A program made the translations under genes and the position numbers. A stretch of DNA of 64,000 bases from Felis catus (lineage: Eukaryota): positions 26,724,001 to 26,788,000 of the forward strand of contig NC_058368.1 of the NCBI RefSeq assembly GCF_018350175.1, read 5' to 3'. Below are positions 59,462 to 64,000 of the stretch, in pieces (within the stretch, counting starts at the first letter, position 1; each line of letters starts with the position of its first letter). Under the pieces are notes generated by a model. It was given only the letters and a program-made list of their open reading frames with translations. It ran no database searches and was not told the origin of the DNA.

Positions 59462-59725
59462 TAAATTTTTAGATAAACTTTCTATTAAAGTTTAACATCT
59501 CAAAAGAATATGCATAAATTATGATTATCTTGCTCAAGAATTATTACAGAAAATAACTCAGCCAACTAAGCCTTGACGAAGAAATCAAACAAGTCTTTCT
59601 CAGGGCCCACCCAATGACCACCCCCTCGGTCCTCCCCAAATGCTATCCTTACTTCTAACACCACAAATTAGTCTCCTTTTGAACATCATTAAGATAAATC
59701 ATACCATATGTATATTTTTTATGTC
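59462..59725 (-). mobile_element. Ancient L1M 3' UTR fragment
   Basis: CTATCCTTACTTCTAACACCACAAATTAGT...TTTGAACATCAT...ATCATACCATATGTAT. Confidence 0.6.
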
Positions 59726-59820
59726 CATAAGCCATATGTTCACCTGTAATTTGGTGCTAATCAAAATTTAGGTTCATCAACATAGATGACCAAAGTATCG
59801 GGCCTTTGTGCATAAGTCTT

Positions 59821-60262
59821 TGTGTCATTCGGGATTATTCAGGGAGGAAAAAGTGATTCTACGTATTTTGAGTGGAGAGATATTTAATATAGAAAATTAG
59901 AATTTCATATACCACTGGAAGCGTTAGAGGAACGAAGGTCAAGAGGCCATTCTGGGAGACCTGCAGTGATCACAGGGAAGCCACCACTGATGTCCTTAGC
60001 TGCCTGTCTAAAAACACTCCAGAGCCGAGGGAAGCCATCGGTGATGAGCACAGCTCCCTACCCATGGCTGTCGTAAGAGAAAACTACTTTCTCCTCTTCT
60101 GCCTTCCAAATCTCACCCAAGTTCCTATCACTGGGAGGTCTAAACCAGAATTCAACTGGAAAAGCTTTCGGGAAAATGGCATTCTGAATGTCTCTCCTGT
60201 GATGAAGGAGAGAATACAGAAAAGGGGAATGATGATGCTGAGCTAAGAACATCATTTGGCAG
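59821..60262 (-). mobile_element. Old ERVL-type LTR (LTR33/LTR78-like)
   Basis: The reverse strand reads ...CATTTTCCCGAAAGCTTTTCCAGTTGAATTCTGGTTTAGACCTCCCAGTGATAGGAACTTGGGTGAGATTTGGAAGGCAGAAGAGG, which is typical of ancient ERVL LTRs. Confidence 0.55.
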
Positions 60263-62009
60263 AAGCTTAGACAGTTTAAAGTAGTTGACGGAAGAGAACC
60301 AGAGCCTGGCTACATTTCTGACCTGCTAGTCACTCCTGGGTCTTCAGATCCTCTTCCAACACAGGTTCTACAGTGCCTTCCTTAGAGATACTTGAAAGCC
60401 TGGTCCTATTTTACTTCTTTCAAGCCCAGTGAGTTACAAAGACCCTCTTCTCTTATTTTGCAGATTGCACAGGGCAACTTTTGAAGAAAAGTAGGCCTGT
60501 GTATGATCACCTGAAGGTTCCCAGAATTAAAGCAATATGAAACTCACCATATGGAATGTAGGCACTTCACATTGACCATGTCTCTCAAATGGTGAGACTA
60601 CCTTTGGGGGAAGACATTGTTGAAAATAATTACTATTCATCATCCTCTGCTAACAGAAACGATTTCCCTCCGTCACCTAGGTTTCCAACCTTAGAGGCTG
60701 TCCTGTCCTCACTGAGGAAAGACCAGAGAGGTAGGAGTTTTGTTTGTTTGCTTTTCTGTGCATCTGAATATCCCGACAATCTAATCCCCAGAGAGTCTCA
60801 GTAACCAGGCAACACAAGACATGCTCCAATTGTGAAGTCCTCAATCCACCTTCTCTGCACTATTCTGTTCCAAAATAGAAGGCAGAGCTGCAAAATTAGA
60901 TTTGGATCTTATTACTACGAGCAAATAACTGTTCCCCCCTCTTACTGGTGACCAGAAATTCTGAGATAAGTGCTTTTAAAAAGATTAGAACAACAAATCT
61001 CATCTAAGAATAAGATCAACGCCATTTCTCTGTTTTTCTTACAGAAAGAAGAAAATGGAAGGAGAAAGCTTTTGTCTGGTGACGGTTTATTTTAACCCAG
61101 ACACTTTCTCCATTTGTAATTTGGTGTCATTTGTGTTATGAGAAGCATTGCCAATTCAGATGGGTTTCTTGGGCAAGGACTAACAAAGGAGGTTAAACAC
61201 AGCTGTTCTAGTGTCTCAAATCCTTAAGAGTCCAGCAGGACCTGAGCTAGTAAAATAAACTCAGAGAAGGCTGTCTGAACCAGCTTTTCTAGAGACAAAA
61301 TGAGCATAAATAAGCATAGAGTCAGCAGGGCTCCTGGGCCAAGGTCAGAGGCAAGCTGGGGACATGGCTTTCCAGAGGAAGATACTGTCCACAGCACATT
61401 TGCTACAAGACATACAGAATTGGACATTCTGTCTTTTAATCGTCTGGACATCACAAGGAAAAGTGGCCCACATTGGCACTGACCCTGTCAGCACGTTTTG
61501 TAATAAATACTTCATTTACTGGGAATGTTGCTATCAGTTTGCCGAAGATAAAAATGACACTCAAATGCAAGGTCAAACCACAGTGTTTATAATTCTTTTC
61601 TATTAGTGAAACACACATAATCCTAAGTATCCAGATGAAGGGGTAGCTGTTTTCCCAAATGGTGCCTCAATCTCTAGTGATTTACAAAGTACTTTTATAC
61701 ACATCATCTTACCACCACCGTGTATGTGTCCCTGTTACACAGATGAGTTGAACTGAAAATAGTTTCACTTGCCAGTTTTAAGTATCTTTCTTTCCCTTCT
61801 GGGCAGCTTTAGTTTCCATGTGGCCAACAGACATTATTCTCATTTGCCTCTTCCAGGCACAGGACACCTGTAGAGAGGCCAACAATCTGGAACTATCTCA
61901 GTTCTAACACGTTAGATGAGAGTCTCCTAACTTCCCTGGGTTTCAGCTTCTTCATATGCATGCCTCAGATATTGCAGTCATCCTCACCAACTGATAAATG
62001 ATAAGAATG

Positions 62010-62400
62010 AGATTGTGTGTGGCTATGGGACTTTTACAGCTGATGGTGGGAATATGAATTAGCAGGATTTTTCATTGACATTATGCAATAAAACTTAAAC
62101 TATGTATCATTTTATACAGAAAGTTTTATACTTAACAATCTATTCCAATGAGATAACCACATCAATAGACAAAGATATACAAAAATGTTCATTGAAAGTA
62201 GAAACAACCTCAATATCCACCAACATGAGACCGGTGAAAGAAGATATGGTATATTCATATAAGAGAACCTATACATCTGCTGAAAAGAATCATGGAGATT
62301 TATATTTGTTGGCTTGAATAGGAGCTCCATGACATAATTTTTGAAAGAAAAGAATTAGAAAGCAGTGTAGTTGATATAATCCCATTCATGTGTAAATCAC
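62010..62400 (+). mobile_element. Ancient L1ME 3' fragment
   Basis: GCTGATGGTGGGAATATGAATTAG...AAAAATGTTCATTG...AGAAACAACCTCAATATCCACCAACA...ATATGGTATATTCATA. Confidence 0.75.
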
Positions 62401-64000
62401 AGAAATCCCAGATCCTGCTGTGGTCCACTTCCGCAGTGTTGCCTTCATAGAAACAGCCCAGTTACCAAAAGGCATTACAAAATAATTTCACTCCTGGCTC
62501 TTAACTTTCAGAAATTATTAAGGAACATATAATTCCCAACCCAGAGCACTACATCCTTTAATACCCTCTGTACCCTACCTTTTCCACCTTGTTCTCTAAC
62601 ACTGTAACAGCTCCTGACGGCTCTCTGTCCCCAGCAGCCTTCTCCTAGTCTCAATCACAAACTCTGCCCCCAAATTGACCAACCACTCATTTTTTTCTTT
62701 GTCCCTTTTTCCTCTTCTTTTGGTTCTTGCTTCAGTGATTACCATAATCTGAATAATAAGGTGGGGAAAGAAGAAAATGCTAAATGAACAAAATTTCCTT
62801 TCCAGGAGTAGGAAGAAAAGAGATCGACTATGCATACACTACGATGTCTTAACCTTGCAGCAAATACAAAGTTATTATACTGCTACCCGCTGATATTTAC
62901 ATAAAAGTGTCTGCAAGGATGTTGACAAAATCCTTAGCAATAATGATCCCAGTTGGGATTTCTCTGTGAATTTCTCTGTCTTCCTTCTAGCTCTTTGATT
63001 TATTCATGATAAACATGTTTTGTTTATAATCAGAAATGAGAAATAAACTCATATATTAACATGTAAAGAAGGAATTGTAATGACGTTCACAACGAATAAT
63101 GAATATAAAAAATTACCACACAATTTAAGTATAAGATATATGTATTTTAAATACATACAATTGGACTGTCTCTTCCTGTTTTCAACATTAATAAGCTCCA
63201 TTATTTGGGGATTATCTTTCATTACCCCTACATGTTAGATTTGATCAGTTTCTTAGCAACAGTTGAACACTATATTGCTTAATTTTGTTGTTTTTACTCC
63301 CAGTCAATCCTATTTAATTTGTGAGTCCAATGCATTGTGATTCTTACACAGCACCTAATGACTTACAAAAAATGTTAACATTTCAAACTGATTGTAATCC
63401 TCTCAATCCATTTGCCCTGTAAGTCTTCATTTTTATGGTTTCTTGGGTAAACAGGGAGTTACTATATGTGTGTTTGTATCCATTTCAAACTCTCCACATC
63501 TACACATCCCTGTACCTCTTTCTAACTAGATAGCATTTGTTTATTTTTGTGATTTTTGAACCGGATAAATTTTCCTGAAAATCAAGGTGCCTGACTATTT
63601 AGTTCCTGACACTGTGATTCATGCGTCTTCTCTTAGCTGGGGGATTTCCGAAGAGAAGTTTGCAACACCTCCCTGGTGGGGCACAGTCCCACAACTGCTA
63701 ATAACTAGTGCCAGACAACGGGCACTCCTGGTTTCTGAGCAGGGAGCTTGTTCGTCAGACTCTTCATTCAGAAATGCCAAATGGCACCCATGCTTACGGC
63801 TGGAAATTCCAACCTGGGAGTTCCAGAAAGTGTAATTTATCATGTGACAACTATATTTACCTCTCAAAGTTCCTTCAGCATTATAATTAAATAACTGAAT
63901 CAGTTCTAGTCAGAGACAGTTTACAGTATGTCTCTATGTGGAGAAAAGAAATAATTGCTGATCAAAATCCTAAAGGACCTTGAAAAATTAGAAACAAGCT

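Noticed and set aside
1..64000. CRISPR arrays, prokaryotic operons or non-retroviral endogenous viral genes
   Set aside because: No repeat-spacer periodicity and no long ORFs; the sequence is typical mammalian non-coding DNA. Highly decayed viral fossils cannot be excluded without a tBLASTx search.

Overview
Eukaryotic, mammalian DNA. The tRNA-derived Can-SINEs of the feliform type and a young carnivore L1 3' end point to a felid (cat family) genome. No protein-coding gene, rRNA, tRNA or CRISPR array is supported. The window reads as intergenic or deep-intronic sequence. It holds 13 Can-SINEs plus one tail-only insertion, L1/HAL1/L2/CR1 fragments, MIRs, MaLR and ERV solo LTRs, ancient hAT and Tigger DNA transposons and microsatellites, with repeat-free stretches carrying enhancer-like motif clusters between them. 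The only recognisable protein sequences are decayed retroelement pieces (L1 ORF2, L2 RT, probably CR1). I found no evidence of a new biological system. The most interesting structures are a three-layer nest (old L1 > SINE > antiparallel SINE) forming a long hairpin, a probable class II ERV solo LTR with a 6-bp TSD, several templated-insertion scars, an ETS+CArG SRE-like element, tandem STAT sites and a speculative + strand spliced non-coding transcript. Repeat family names are from recall of consensus sequences, not from a database search. Boundaries not fixed by a TSD are approximate.
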